Positions 45,186 through 56,221 of a stretch of 64,000 nucleotides of DNA are shown here, one piece after another. The DNA comes from an uncultured Candidatus Saccharibacteria bacterium (GTDB taxonomy: Bacteria > Patescibacteriota > Minisyncoccia > Phycocordibacterales > UBA9973), in assembly GCA_964646765.1 (NCBI GenBank), contig CAZYIA010000001.1, forward strand, positions 274,105 through 338,104. Direction: 5' to 3'. The notes beneath the pieces are model-generated. The model worked only from the letters and a program-made list of their open reading frames with translations, had not been told where the DNA came from and ran no database searches. The position numbers were made by a program, and so were the translations under genes. Each line of letters begins with the position of its first letter. Position 1 is the stretch's first letter.

Positions 45186-45599
45186 TTAGTTACTTTCGGT
45201 ATATTTTTTAAAGTTATCGAGGATTGCCTGCCAACCGGCTCGCTGCATCTCTTCAGGATTTTCATTCTCCATTTCAAATGTTTCGGTGATAGTTACACTT
45301 TCTGGGATCTCTTTGAAGAGCACTAAAGCCTTTCGGCCGTCGCCCATGGTATACGCTATTTTTTGCATAGGAACTACTTCATCGTAGGTGCCACCAAAAT
45401 CAAATCCTATGCTGCCATCACGAGCCTCCATGCGAGACGTAAAAGTACCACCGGTGCGGAGATCATTCGTAGCCGTCGGCGTATGCCAATCAGGCGAGGC
45501 ACTATTCCACTTCGTGATATGTTCTGGATTCGTCCAAAAATCCCAAACTGTCTGGAGATCTTTATTTACAACAGTTTGAACAGTTATTGATTGTGCCAT
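45186..45599 (-). CDS. SRPBCC/AHSA1-like domain protein
   Basis: 137 aa; composition and length typical of Aha1/SRPBCC family. Confidence 0.55.
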   Translation of the reverse strand: MAQSITVQTVVNKDLQTVWDFWTNPEHITKWNSASPDWHTPTATNDLRTGGTFTSRMEARDGSIGFDFGGTYDEVVPMQKIAYTMGDGRKALVLFKEIPESVTITETFEMENENPEEMQRAGWQAILDNFKKYTESN

Positions 45600-45631
45600 A
45601 GTAGTTTTTTGTAAACTTCGTTTACTTAAGG

Positions 45632-47179
45632 TTAAGCGGCAGGATTCCCTGGTGGCAAGGTATCACAAGTTACCGCTACGTTTGTAATACTTGAGCCTCC
45701 CATGGTGCCGGCACCATTGGTAACCGTGCAGATTTGGTTTTCTGGCTGAGAGAGTACGGTAACATCGTATGTACTGCCCTGGCTCATTGGAGTTGAGAAA
45801 GTGAAAGGTCCGTTTGAAATTATTACATTAGTATCTCCTCCGTTATTTTGAAGTGTAACAGTTCCCGTAAGTCCACTCACCGTACCGCCAACAGTATATG
45901 TGATTACATCAAAAGTTGCGGTCACACTCGTTGGAGCATCTGCGGTGACAATACAACTTCCTTGACCAGAACAAGCTCCAGACCAACCAGCAAATGTTGA
46001 ACCAAGTTGTGAACTTGCATTTAAGGTAACCATAGTTCCAGCAGCATAGTCACTACTACAAGTTGCGCCGCAGGCAATGCCCGCTGGCGTACTCGTAACC
46101 AGACCAGAACCTGTACCAGCTCTTACTACCGTTATGCTGTAGCTAGTAATATCGACAGTTACGTTAAACGAATGTGTCGCTACACCAACATTTCCTGCAG
46201 CATCAGTTGCTCGAACTTCAAAAAGGTATGATCCATCACTTGGGGTTGGAGAGCTCCATGTAAAAGTATGGGAACCAGCTGCGGGCACATTGAGTGTTTC
46301 GGTTGTAATCACATTGTTCGGCGGCGCTGCATTGTAGATAGTCATTTCAATGGAAGCTAACGTGTTCGTTTCCATAACCAAAAAATCGAAATCGAGCGGA
46401 ATGCCACTGTACCCTAACGCTGCCGGATTGGTAGGAGCTCCTGGAATAGTTACGAGCGGTGCAGTTCTATCAACGGTAATGGCAACTCCCTCAGAAGTAG
46501 TTGTGTTCCCTGCACTATCACGAGCAACAGCGGTAATAGTATGTGGGCCTTCAGTAACTGTATTGGTATTTAACGTAGTTCCATATGGAGCCGTTGTATC
46601 TGCGCTTCCTGCATTTACTCCGTCAATTTGAAACTGAACACTTGCTACCGCAACATTATCGGAAGCCGATGCCGAGAGCGCGATAGTACCTTGCACAGAA
46701 GCCCCTCCCGCAGGTTCGGTTACTGAAACCGTAGGCAAAGTTGTGTCAGATACTCCTCCTGAAGGAAGTGCTAGGAGCAAACCCTGTGGTAAGTAACCAA
46801 CAGGCAACAGGTTAGATGAAAAAGGTACTGGTGGTTTCGAACCATTCGGTAGAGTTACTGATGTTGTTTCTTTTCCATATTCAGCGATCTTTTTGCGAGT
46901 TAATGGACCAACAACACCGGTCGTGGGAAGATTATTAGCCTTTTGAAAGGCAATAACTGCATCCTTTGTACGACGGCCAAAAAATCCAGTAGTCGTTGGA
47001 TAGGAAAAATAACCAAGATCTTTAAGGAACTGTTGGAGCAAGAGTACTTCGGAGCCAGTAGAACCAAGCCTGAGTGTTTGACTTAGTATTGGCCCGGTTG
47101 TTTGTGCTCTTGAAGAAAAAACCGACAGAGATAGAAACAGAAATCCAATAAAAAACGCCAGGCCGATTTTTTTATGCAT
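45632..47179 (-). CDS. secreted peptidoglycan-binding protein (PG_binding_1 domain + Ig-like/T,S,G-rich repeats)
   Basis: 515 aa; signal peptide; LRLGSTGSEVLLLQQFLKDLGY...TGFFGRRTKDAVIAFQKANNL PG-binding domain; long Thr/Ser/Gly-rich beta-repeat region. Confidence 0.6.
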   Translation of the reverse strand: MHKKIGLAFFIGFLFLSLSVFSSRAQTTGPILSQTLRLGSTGSEVLLLQQFLKDLGYFSYPTTTGFFGRRTKDAVIAFQKANNLPTTGVVGPLTRKKIAEYGKETTSVTLPNGSKPPVPFSSNLLPVGYLPQGLLLALPSGGVSDTTLPTVSVTEPAGGASVQGTIALSASASDNVAVASVQFQIDGVNAGSADTTAPYGTTLNTNTVTEGPHTITAVARDSAGNTTTSEGVAITVDRTAPLVTIPGAPTNPAALGYSGIPLDFDFLVMETNTLASIEMTIYNAAPPNNVITTETLNVPAAGSHTFTWSSPTPSDGSYLFEVRATDAAGNVGVATHSFNVTVDITSYSITVVRAGTGSGLVTSTPAGIACGATCSSDYAAGTMVTLNASSQLGSTFAGWSGACSGQGSCIVTADAPTSVTATFDVITYTVGGTVSGLTGTVTLQNNGGDTNVIISNGPFTFSTPMSQGSTYDVTVLSQPENQICTVTNGAGTMGGSSITNVAVTCDTLPPGNPAA

Positions 47180-47277
47180 GCGAATAGTATACTCTTTTTT
47201 ACTCGAACAATTAACTATCTACTTTAATAAAAATAAAAGAAGGCAGAACGATTACTCGGCCTGCCTTCTTTTGTATT

Positions 47278-48168
47278 TTATGGTTCTATGTGTTTTCGAA
47301 ATGGTGAGAAAAATTGTTTCCAGTATAGATTAGGTAATTGATATGGAATTCCAACAAGGTGCTTTAAGCCAGTAACATCATAAGTGCCAAAGACTACATC
47401 GTAGAGAGTCGTTGATTTACCATAGTTATGGTTTGACTCAGGAATTTCAATTGAATGGTGTACTCGATGTAAATCGGGAGTGGAAAAAATGCGATTCCAA
47501 ACTCCTGGCTCAATTTCAACATTGGCATGCTGAAGTAAGCCAATAAGAGAACTATGAATAGTGTAAAGCAGTAATGTTGTATTTGAACCGCCAACCAGCG
47601 TAAGAGCAGTGACCGGGATAATAAACCGTACCGCTGCTTCAAAAGCATGCATCTTTAAACTATTTATAGCGTACACTCGTGAAGAAGAGTGGTGTATTTC
47701 ATGAATCCCCCATAAAAAAGCGTTATGGTGCTCCCAGTAATGATACGCATAGGTCAGAAACTCAACTAAGAAATAGAAAGCAAAAAATTCTATAACCGGA
47801 GGAAGAGTTAATAAACAATGCACATATCCATTCAGTACCGCGACATCAAATGCATATTTTGCACCGAATAGTAAAAATACTTCTACTACGGCAAACACAA
47901 CAATATCGCTTACCGCGTAGGTAATATCGAGCCATGTATCACCGTGGTCTCGGTTCCATTCTGGATTAAAAGGAACCTTTCGCTCAAATACAGCGATAAG
48001 AATTCCACCGGTAATTAAAGCGAGATTACTAATAATAGCAGCCGGAAAGTGGAATTTCAGGTAAATACCTAAACTCAGTAAAGGAAATACGATAGCTAAA
48101 AGTGGAAACAATAGATGTTTCGCGAAAAATTTCTTATTCATATGGTAAGTTTTTTGCCAATGTAGCAC
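47278..48168 (-). CDS. fatty acid hydroxylase / sterol desaturase superfamily membrane protein
   Basis: 296 aa; histidine boxes HYWEHH, HEIHHSS, HRVHHS. Confidence 0.7.
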   Translation of the reverse strand: MLHWQKTYHMNKKFFAKHLLFPLLAIVFPLLSLGIYLKFHFPAAIISNLALITGGILIAVFERKVPFNPEWNRDHGDTWLDITYAVSDIVVFAVVEVFLLFGAKYAFDVAVLNGYVHCLLTLPPVIEFFAFYFLVEFLTYAYHYWEHHNAFLWGIHEIHHSSSRVYAINSLKMHAFEAAVRFIIPVTALTLVGGSNTTLLLYTIHSSLIGLLQHANVEIEPGVWNRIFSTPDLHRVHHSIEIPESNHNYGKSTTLYDVVFGTYDVTGLKHLVGIPYQLPNLYWKQFFSPFRKHIEP

Positions 48169-48220
48169 GACAAAAATACCAAAGCAATTAGGAAACTTCG
48201 TTAGATTTTGTCAATTTTGA

Positions 48221-49063
48221 TTATCCCTGAGGAAATAATTCTTTACTTGTCATCAATTCTTCTGGGGCTCCAGGATTTTTATGAATTCTAATCACTCCCC
48301 TCGCAACTTGAACTTCAATCTGATCTCCATACTTTTCTTTAACCTTCTTTGCCCAATTTTCTACATCTTCCTGGGTATCCATAAAAAGATAGTCGTATTC
48401 GTCTTTTTTATGCCTTTCCTCTACTACTGGATGATGTTGTTTTACTAGCTGAAATTGAGCAATCAAAATACCGTTATCATTCAGTATGCTGTACCATTTC
48501 CGAATAATTCGGTCGAGGACAAGAGGATTTCTTGATAAGTCTTCAAGCGGACCCATCAATCTAGAAACAATAAGATCTGTTTTACTAGTCCCGATTGAGT
48601 CAGTAATCTGTTTAAAAAGTTCTTTATTTTTTGTATCCAAAAGATCTCCTGCAATAACCGAATGTCCATGCTCTTCATCGTATTCTTTTTTATAAGCAGG
48701 CCGTATATCGTCTAAACAAACACCAACAGTTTTCTCAAAAAAATTTTCTGAAAAACCTGAAAAGAAATTTGATCCCGGTCCTCCAAACTCAATTGCGGTT
48801 CTATGTTTATTTAAACTAGCACTTAGAGTATCTTCAATATATTGTCGAAATGCTTCACCATAAGCTTCTAAAGAAGAATTTTTATCGCTATTGAGCGCAC
48901 CAACATATTTTTCTGGAAGAACTTTACCGAAAGTATTACCAAAATGAGAGATGGGCTTATCATATTGCTGCCAATTCCCTTCTGTATCTTTTTTCTTCTC
49001 TACAAATTTTTTATCGTGCTCTAGGTCAAATCGGACGTTACCGAAATTCATATGGTGTTCCAT
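48221..49063 (-). CDS. hypothetical protein (possible Rossmann/MTase-like fold)
   Basis: 280 aa; IEFGGPGSNFF and VIAGDLLD segments weakly MTase-like. Confidence 0.35.
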   Translation of the reverse strand: MEHHMNFGNVRFDLEHDKKFVEKKKDTEGNWQQYDKPISHFGNTFGKVLPEKYVGALNSDKNSSLEAYGEAFRQYIEDTLSASLNKHRTAIEFGGPGSNFFSGFSENFFEKTVGVCLDDIRPAYKKEYDEEHGHSVIAGDLLDTKNKELFKQITDSIGTSKTDLIVSRLMGPLEDLSRNPLVLDRIIRKWYSILNDNGILIAQFQLVKQHHPVVEERHKKDEYDYLFMDTQEDVENWAKKVKEKYGDQIEVQVARGVIRIHKNPGAPEELMTSKELFPQG

Positions 49064-49249
49064 AGAGTCAGTATAACATCACCATACTGGGAGACATACG
49101 GACCTTGGAAACCCAGGGTTTTAAATACCGAAGTTGCTGGGAGTCTTAAACAAAGCTGGAACTCAGATACTTAAATATAATAACCTACTACCTCCATAAC
49201 GTGAGTCAAATTATTGCAGTAACAACGATACTTCTAGCTAGACTCCAAA

Positions 49250-50470
49250 CTACAAATAAAAGACAATCTGATCGAGCGTGAGTATTACCTGAAGCGCACG
49301 GGGGAGCGTATATGTGTCACCTGGTGCATAGCCATGTCCCACGGTATGACGTGAAGCACCCGCTGCTTCCGGTGCGTTGGGATCAAAGTTCGGATACGCC
49401 ACCTTCAAGAGATACTCAAGGAATTCTGATGGAAAGAATAACGATGCTTCGCTACCCGCTTTCCTTATTCCCTTATCGACAGCGTGTTGAAGTAGTGCCT
49501 CCGTCTTCGCTGTCGATCCCTTCTCAGCCAAGTGGACATCCGCGAGTACGCCCTCAATCTCTGTCATTATATTTTTTATCGCAGAAACAGAGTCCCCTTT
49601 CTTGAACGCATCCAATCCGGCCTGTAGCACGGTCTTGTGCTTGGCGAGCGACGGGTTTCTCCACCAACGTTCTGCGAGTCGATCTATACGTTCAGGAGTG
49701 AATCTAGCTACCAATTCCTTTTCCTTTGTCTCAATATCAAACTCATCCCGATACGCCTTTATGAGCGGATCGAAATCGCCTCCGAGAACTTCGATAAATG
49801 GAAACCATCCTGCCTTGGTCATGCGTTCCACCGTCGCTTCATCCGCAAGTGCCTCATACATCGCTTGGTAGCGCAGACGTTTGTAGAGTGTCGCCAAGTC
49901 GCGCTCCATTCGATCCATATCCAGCTCACCACTAAGGTCGAAGAACATTCCAAACTTCCACCCGATCTTGAAGCAAGCTACGATCTTATCTGAGGGATCA
50001 AGGGTCAAGGCGTGATACTTCATTCGGCGAATATCACCGATATCTCCTCCGTAAACAGCCTCGCCGGCTTGGATATTACGTTTTGTAAGTATCTCGATTG
50101 CACGGCCTGCTCCGTCCAAATGAAGTTCACCTGTGCCGTCCTTATGGATAACGAGCACGAACTCGACGAATGAATCAATGGAAAGGATTACTCCAGCCTC
50201 TTTCGCTCTCTCGATAATAATATTGCTGATTTGTTCCATATACATATGGAACTCTCGCTCGTCGGATGTCAGATATGCACGAACAAGGACAGGAACCAAT
50301 TCCTTTTTTCCTGCAGGAGTGTTTGTGGTGGCGAATCCTACCAATGGCGGCAGACCATTGAGCTTGACTACATCGGCGCGCTTGGGCACATAAGTTACGC
50401 CTGCCGAGATAATCTGCTTCGGCCTATTATATGGAACATATTGCTTCTTTTTTCTTCTGTGCTTACCCAT
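49250..50470 (-). CDS. hypothetical protein, compositionally atypical (GC ~50-60% vs ~35-42% flanks)
   Basis: 406 aa; basic N-terminus MGKHRRKKKQYVPYNRPK; no recognisable domain; adjacent to tRNA-Gln. Confidence 0.5.
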   Translation of the reverse strand: MGKHRRKKKQYVPYNRPKQIISAGVTYVPKRADVVKLNGLPPLVGFATTNTPAGKKELVPVLVRAYLTSDEREFHMYMEQISNIIIERAKEAGVILSIDSFVEFVLVIHKDGTGELHLDGAGRAIEILTKRNIQAGEAVYGGDIGDIRRMKYHALTLDPSDKIVACFKIGWKFGMFFDLSGELDMDRMERDLATLYKRLRYQAMYEALADEATVERMTKAGWFPFIEVLGGDFDPLIKAYRDEFDIETKEKELVARFTPERIDRLAERWWRNPSLAKHKTVLQAGLDAFKKGDSVSAIKNIMTEIEGVLADVHLAEKGSTAKTEALLQHAVDKGIRKAGSEASLFFPSEFLEYLLKVAYPNFDPNAPEAAGASRHTVGHGYAPGDTYTLPRALQVILTLDQIVFYL

Positions 50471-50571
50471 GGATGAAACTTAAAAAAATAGATGCACCTC
50501 AGCAGCTCGAACTGGGAAAAGCTAACAATGAAAAGACAAAAGAGCTATCTAATGAAGTTTGTCTATCTCTG

Positions 50572-50642
50572 CTGGGAGACTAGGAATCGAACCTAGATTA
50601 AAGGATTCAAAGTCCTCTGTCCTACCGTTAGACGATCTCCCA
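50572..50642 (-). tRNA. tRNA-Gln (anticodon UUG)
   Basis: Manual fold: acceptor UGGGAGA/UCUCCCA with U1:A72 and G73 (bacterial Gln identity), D-arm GUCU-AACGGUA-GGAC, anticodon stem GAGGA/UCCUU loop CUUUGAA, T-arm CUAGG-UUCGAUU-CCUAG. Confidence 0.8.
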
Positions 50643-50646
50643 ATAT

Positions 50647-51777
50647 TTATTTAGCACCACTATCTTGCCCTATTGTGCGAGCCAAAGCAAGTTCTAGCGG
50701 TAAGGTTTCGATAAATGCAAAGCGGGTTTGCTGATACGCCTCAAGTAAAATATCGAGGCTTTTTGCAGTAAGTGCCTGAGGATATTTTTCAATAATTTCT
50801 GTAGCTGTTACTTTATCACTTTCTGAAAGTGACTCTAGAAGCTTCTTGCCGAGAGCTCCACCAATACGAATAAGAATGAGCTGACGCATGAAAGAAACAA
50901 TTAGTTTAGCCAGGAGCCGGGCATCTGCGTATGAAGCAGCAATTTCTGAGAGAGCAGCAAGTGCTTGTTCAGTATTCCCTGAAGTAAATCCAACAATGTA
51001 TTGATGGACTAAAGTTCGGCTAGGGGCGCCAGTTGCAGCTTCTGCGTCTGAAACTGATATCTTTTTTCCACTTGCTGAAGCAAGAACTTTCTCAAGAGCA
51101 CCGTGGAGGTCACGGAACGAACCATCAGCAATGAGTGCAATAAGTTCGGCGGCCCCACTTTCAAGCGTATATCCTTCCTCCTTTGCGGTACGAATTGCAA
51201 CCTCTGCAAGAATGGCATCAGTTGGTTTTCGAAACAAAAAAGTTTGGCAGCGAGAAATTACCGTATCTGGAACTTTCTCAAGCTCAGTGGTAGCAAGAAT
51301 AAAAACAACATGCTGAGGAGGTTCTTCAAGAGTCTTCAAAAATGCATTCCACGCACCTTTTGAAAGCATATGTACCTCGTCAAGAATGTACACTTTGTAT
51401 TTTGATGAAAATGGCAAACTTGAAACACCTTCACGGAGATCGCGGATATCTTCAACACTGTTGTGTGAAGCAGCATCAATTTCGTAAATGTCTTCTGGAG
51501 AACTACCGATAGCTTCTGCAAAAATACGAGCTACGGTTGTTTTACCGGTGCCACGAGTACCAGAAAAAAGGTAGGCATGAGCAATTCGATCTTCTTTGGC
51601 AGCACGCTCCAGTACCTCAGTTACCTGAGGTTGACCAACAACTTCTTTCCAAACCGAGGGGCGATATTTGCGATATAACACCGTCTGAACAGATGCTTCC
51701 TTTTCTTTCGCTTTTGGCATGGGCAAAGTATACCCGCGCTTCCCTTTCGTCGCAAATGAAAAGAAGTAAGAGGCCAT
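50647..51777 (-). CDS. dnaX: DNA polymerase III subunit gamma/tau, short form
   Basis: Probable start MPKAKEKEASVQTVLYRKYRP at 51720; AAA+ clamp-loader motifs GTRGTGKTT, DEVHML. Confidence 0.85.
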   Translation of the reverse strand: MASYFFSFATKGKRGYTLPMPKAKEKEASVQTVLYRKYRPSVWKEVVGQPQVTEVLERAAKEDRIAHAYLFSGTRGTGKTTVARIFAEAIGSSPEDIYEIDAASHNSVEDIRDLREGVSSLPFSSKYKVYILDEVHMLSKGAWNAFLKTLEEPPQHVVFILATTELEKVPDTVISRCQTFLFRKPTDAILAEVAIRTAKEEGYTLESGAAELIALIADGSFRDLHGALEKVLASASGKKISVSDAEAATGAPSRTLVHQYIVGFTSGNTEQALAALSEIAASYADARLLAKLIVSFMRQLILIRIGGALGKKLLESLSESDKVTATEIIEKYPQALTAKSLDILLEAYQQTRFAFIETLPLELALARTIGQDSGAK

Positions 51778-51799
51778 AAGGCATCTTACTTCTTCACAG

Positions 51800-52141
51800 T
51801 TAGTGTAAATCTATAAGGTAAGAAATCTTTTTTTGGTCAATAATATCGTCAACGCTTTCAAAGCGAACATGACCTTTAGCGTCTTTAACAATAAGGTATT
51901 TTCCTTTAGTTTCTCGTGTCCAACCCTTTGGTGGAGTCACTCTAAAGTGGATTCCCTCATCGGAAATATCTTTAAACCCACGTGTCGCGAGTGCGTGTAG
52001 GCTCGTAGGAAATTCACCGTTGGTACTCTTCAATCGAGCGCCAACAAGCCAGGTTTCTTTTTGGGTTTCTTTTTGTTTACTCGTAAGCTTTTTAAATACA
52101 AAAAAAGCAAGAGCAGCTAGAATTAATAATATATATTTCAT
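51800..52141 (-). CDS. hypothetical small membrane-anchored protein
   Basis: 113 aa; N-terminal TM. Confidence 0.4.
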   Translation of the reverse strand: MKYILLILAALAFFVFKKLTSKQKETQKETWLVGARLKSTNGEFPTSLHALATRGFKDISDEGIHFRVTPPKGWTRETKGKYLIVKDAKGHVRFESVDDIIDQKKISYLIDLH

Positions 52142-52278
52142 ATTTGCGTGTTTTTGTTTAGAGTTTATTTAGAATTTTAGTACTTCTTATTTACTATACA
52201 ACAAAGACTTTATTTGTCAAAATTTTGATTCTTCGCTATAGTCAAAAATAAAAAATTGATAAACAAAACTTAAACTAT

Positions 52279-52623
52279 ATGGCTACCAAAAAAGAGCGAC
52301 TATTTTTTATTGGAATTACTTCTCTTGGCGATAAACTAAGCACCTTTCTGTTAGAGGTACTACTTCCGAAAGAAGTAAATGAGAAACCGAAAGCAATACT
52401 TTCTTTCGGCAACTACCGCCCTACCATTAAACAGTTCGAGATAAACCTTGAACAAAAAACGGCAACTATACTTTTGGGAAAGTGGGATAGGAAATACGAA
52501 TTTACAGAACAGGACGGTGACTGGTGGATTGGGACATCACAACTTGGAAGAGTTCAGATGGCTCAACTTTCAAAAAGTGCAGTAAAAAAATTACAAAAAA
52601 GAGACGCAAAACGTAACCCGTAA
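52279..52623 (+). CDS. hypothetical protein
   Basis: 114 aa; followed by terminator. Confidence 0.4.
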   Translation: MATKKERLFFIGITSLGDKLSTFLLEVLLPKEVNEKPKAILSFGNYRPTIKQFEINLEQKTATILLGKWDRKYEFTEQDGDWWIGTSQLGRVQMAQLSKSAVKKLQKRDAKRNP

Positions 52624-52630
52624 ATAAACA

Positions 52631-52662
52631 AGGCCCCTTCTTTTACTGGAGGGGCTTCGTTA
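52631..52662. terminator. bidirectional terminator between convergent genes (GCCCCT-tcttttactgg-AGGGGC + T-rich)
   Basis: 6-bp GC stem, 11-nt loop. Confidence 0.45.
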
Positions 52663-52665
52663 TAT

Positions 52666-54000
52666 CTATTCTTTCCAATCAATAACGTCCGCACCTTCGG
52701 GACCGGTACCAAGTGCCACAATGTGCACATTGGGGTTTACTTCGCGGAGATTTTTGACCAACGCATCAAGGTAATTTTTAAGTTCCGGTGTTACTGCTTC
52801 CCACTTATTAGCATGGGCTTCCATTTTCCAACCAGGATACGAAACTGTTTTCACACCACTGACAGTTTTGAGTTCACGAGGAACAACTTGGGTTTCTTTT
52901 CCATCTACAACATAGTGAGTTACTACTTGCACTGGTTCACTTTGGCAAATATCACTCTTCGCAACAAAAATTTCAGTGACGCCAGTAATCATCAAAGCAT
53001 AGCGAAGTGCAGGTAGGTCGATATAGCCACACATGCGAGGACGTCCAGTAGTTGCACCAAATTCACCGCCAGCTTCACGCCAACGCTTCTCCTCTTCCTC
53101 GGGCATACGTGAAGGAAACGGTCCGCCACCCACTTTTGTCGTGTAGGTTTTCATCACTCCAAACACCTTGCCAAGTTCATGGTGCGAAACACCTAAGCTG
53201 TTCATAACGCTTCCGGTAATAGTGTTTGAAGAAGTTACAAAAGGATAGTCCCCTTGATCAACATCGAGCATCACACCCTGGGCACCTTCAGCCAAAATAT
53301 TTACACCTTTGGCGAGCATGTCGTGCACCTTATACGTCATATTTACAATATGCAGTTTACGGAGATCATTGAGCGATTCTTTCCAAGCGGAAATTCGTTC
53401 ATCGAGAGCTTTCCAATCAACCGTAACACCGGCGCTTGTTTCGTACTGTTTCAAAAGATCACGCTGTGATTTTTCAAGAACATCCCAACCTGGAATTGCA
53501 GGATTTACTACATCCCCAATCTTAAGACCGATACGGAGTTTTGCTTTTGCGTAGCTTCGGCCAATACCACGACCAGTGGTTCCGACGGCATTACCACTAC
53601 GACTCGCTTCTTCAGCGCGATCAAGAAACGGATCAAAAGGATCAATGACGATCGTGCGGTCAGAAATATATAAACGTGGACGAACATCAATGCCCAATTC
53701 ATCAAGTTCTTTCAGCTCCTGCATAAGAATAATTGGATCAACCACCATCTGGGCACTCATTAAAAGTTCCATATGTGGGTGAAGGACTCCTGAAGGCACG
53801 GTATGAAGTACTACTTTTTTTCCTTGATGATAGAGCGTATGGCCAGAATTTGGACCACCCTGAAATCGGGCTATTGCCCCATAAAAGAACCCGCCACCTT
53901 GTGCGGGAACACTCGCGAGATAATCGATCGCTTTTCCTTTTGCTTCGTCGCCCCACTGCAAACCAAGGAGCACATCAATTCTGCCGCGCATTGTCGCCAT
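52666..54000 (-). CDS. purA: adenylosuccinate synthetase
   Basis: 444 aa; GLQWGDEAKGKAIDYL P-loop signature. Confidence 0.9.
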   Translation of the reverse strand: MATMRGRIDVLLGLQWGDEAKGKAIDYLASVPAQGGGFFYGAIARFQGGPNSGHTLYHQGKKVVLHTVPSGVLHPHMELLMSAQMVVDPIILMQELKELDELGIDVRPRLYISDRTIVIDPFDPFLDRAEEASRSGNAVGTTGRGIGRSYAKAKLRIGLKIGDVVNPAIPGWDVLEKSQRDLLKQYETSAGVTVDWKALDERISAWKESLNDLRKLHIVNMTYKVHDMLAKGVNILAEGAQGVMLDVDQGDYPFVTSSNTITGSVMNSLGVSHHELGKVFGVMKTYTTKVGGGPFPSRMPEEEEKRWREAGGEFGATTGRPRMCGYIDLPALRYALMITGVTEIFVAKSDICQSEPVQVVTHYVVDGKETQVVPRELKTVSGVKTVSYPGWKMEAHANKWEAVTPELKNYLDALVKNLREVNPNVHIVALGTGPEGADVIDWKE

Positions 54001-54011
54001 GTTTTTTCTTT

Positions 54012-55496
54012 TTATTTCCGAGAATAGTTCGGAGCTTCTTTAGTAATAGTAATGTCATGTGGATGGCTTTCATCCATTCCAGCATTCGTAATCTTAACAA
54101 ATTGTGCAGTCTTTAAGGTATCGATATCTTTTGCCCCAACGTAGCCCATACCAGCGCGGAGTCCACCAACGTATTGGTAAATTACTTCAGCAACGGTTCC
54201 TTTATATGCCACACGGCCAACAATTCCTTCTGGCACGAGTTTCTTTACATCATCTTCAGCATCTTGGAAGTAACGATCTTTTGAACCCTGTTGCATAGCC
54301 TCAAGCGATCCCATACCACGGTATGACTTAAAGCGGCGGCCATCGTAAATAATAGTTTCGCCTGGAGCTTCATCAGTTCCCGCTAAAATTGAACCAACCA
54401 TCACAGTATCACCGCCAGCAGCGATTGCTTTTACCAAGTCACCAGAATAACGAATGCCACCATCAGCAATAAGCGGTACGCCCGCTTTTTGACATGCTTT
54501 TGCTGCTTCCATAATAGCTGAAACTTGTGGCATACCGATACCAGCAACAATACGTGTTGTGCAAATGGAACCAGGACCAACACCAACTTTTACGGCATCT
54601 GCACCAGCATCAATAAGCCACTGTGCGGCTTCTTTGGTGGCAATGTTACCTGCAACAATCTGAAGTTTCGGAAATGCTTTCTTTGCTTCGCGAACTGCTT
54701 TAGCAACACCGTGCGAATGGCCATGAGCTGTGTCGATACAAACAGCATCCACACCGGCAGCGGCGAGTAAGCTGATGCGATCAATCATGTCAGCCGTTAC
54801 ACCAACAGCAGCACCAACAAGCAAACGGCCTTGAGCATCTTTACTAGCGAATGGTTTATTTTCAAGAGCACGAACATCTTTGTAGGTAATGAGACCAGCC
54901 AGTGTTCCATCAGTATTCACGATCGGAAGTTTTTCTACCCGATGCTCGGCAAGTACCTTTTGGGCAGCATTCATATCAGTGCCAACTGGGGCCGTAATCA
55001 AACCTTCTTTTGTCATGATAGATGACACAGAATTTGAATTGTTGGTAGCAAAACGCATATCACGAGAGGTCACGATACCAACAAGTTTGCCGGAAGTATT
55101 CAAAACCGGAATACCGCTAATCTGATTTTCACGCATGAGCACGCGAGCTTCACCAATTGTTTTATCTTCGGTGATAGTCACGGGATCAGCAATGAAAGCG
55201 CTCTCGGCGCGCTTTACGCGGCGAACTTCTTCAGCCTGTCGCTCTGCCGTCATATTCTTATGGAGAATGCCAATACCGCCTTCGCGAGCAAGCGCGATAG
55301 CAAGTTTGCTTTCTGTAACCGTATCCATCGCTGAAGATACGAGTGGAATATTAAGAGAGAGTTCCTTGGTAAAACGTGTTTTTGTAGACACGTCGCGCGG
55401 CAAGATTGCCGATTCGCGAGGAATAACAAGGACATCATCGAACGTAATGCCCTCAAGAGCGATTTTTTCGTTCATAACCATGCACGAGTGTAGCAC
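54012..55496 (-). CDS. guaB: IMP dehydrogenase (with CBS pair)
   Basis: 494 aa; catalytic loop [11 protein letters not shown], tandem CBS domains. Confidence 0.9.
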   Translation of the reverse strand: MLHSCMVMNEKIALEGITFDDVLVIPRESAILPRDVSTKTRFTKELSLNIPLVSSAMDTVTESKLAIALAREGGIGILHKNMTAERQAEEVRRVKRAESAFIADPVTITEDKTIGEARVLMRENQISGIPVLNTSGKLVGIVTSRDMRFATNNSNSVSSIMTKEGLITAPVGTDMNAAQKVLAEHRVEKLPIVNTDGTLAGLITYKDVRALENKPFASKDAQGRLLVGAAVGVTADMIDRISLLAAAGVDAVCIDTAHGHSHGVAKAVREAKKAFPKLQIVAGNIATKEAAQWLIDAGADAVKVGVGPGSICTTRIVAGIGMPQVSAIMEAAKACQKAGVPLIADGGIRYSGDLVKAIAAGGDTVMVGSILAGTDEAPGETIIYDGRRFKSYRGMGSLEAMQQGSKDRYFQDAEDDVKKLVPEGIVGRVAYKGTVAEVIYQYVGGLRAGMGYVGAKDIDTLKTAQFVKITNAGMDESHPHDITITKEAPNYSRK

Positions 55497-55646
55497 GGTT
55501 TTTGGGATTAGAAAAGTCCTTCATTGACAATGTCAAAAATAAGTTATATTTTGCGAACAGAACAAAACCTTGAAAAATGAGTCAGTAAATAGAAAGCTGG
55601 GAGGAAACCTGCCAGTTCCCTTTTTATTGACTCTAAAAATTACAAT

Positions 55647-56198
55647 ATGAAAAAGATAGCATTAATTTTTTGCGGAATATTCTTTATCGCAGGCTGCCGT
55701 AAAGTAGATGACACTATGGTTGTATTCTGGTTATGGAATCACGAATACAAGGTACCCATTATTAAAGACGCCTTTAACTCATATTTTCCATTCCCACATA
55801 CCATAACCATTATTCGGTATGGCAATGGTGATGGAGAACTTAAAGTAAAAAATACCGAAACGCACGATGTAACGTACACTCGTCCTGGCGGCTGGTATCA
55901 GGATAGTAATAATGGTTGTTGGTACTGGAACCCGGCTACAACGGTTACTGAAACAGTTACCTCAAACCAAGTACTAACCTACCATTTTGGATGGGATAGA
56001 TATTTTGAGAACAGTCATATTCGTTTAACCTTCGTTGAAGAAGACGCTCAAAAAAATAATACCAACCCAGACCTGGTAAAGTCACTTAATGGAAAGTATG
56101 AAATTAAGGGATTATGGACCGAACACGGTTCAGGACTTATTGGAGAGTTCAGGCTTACAAAAGAAAACGGAGAAAAAATTGTTGCAGATTTACGCTAA
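55647..56198 (+). CDS. hypothetical lipoprotein
   Basis: 183 aa; lipobox FIAGC. Confidence 0.45.
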   Translation: MKKIALIFCGIFFIAGCRKVDDTMVVFWLWNHEYKVPIIKDAFNSYFPFPHTITIIRYGNGDGELKVKNTETHDVTYTRPGGWYQDSNNGCWYWNPATTVTETVTSNQVLTYHFGWDRYFENSHIRLTFVEEDAQKNNTNPDLVKSLNGKYEIKGLWTEHGSGLIGEFRLTKENGEKIVADLR

Positions 56199-56221
56199 AT
56201 TTAACTATACAAAAAAATACT

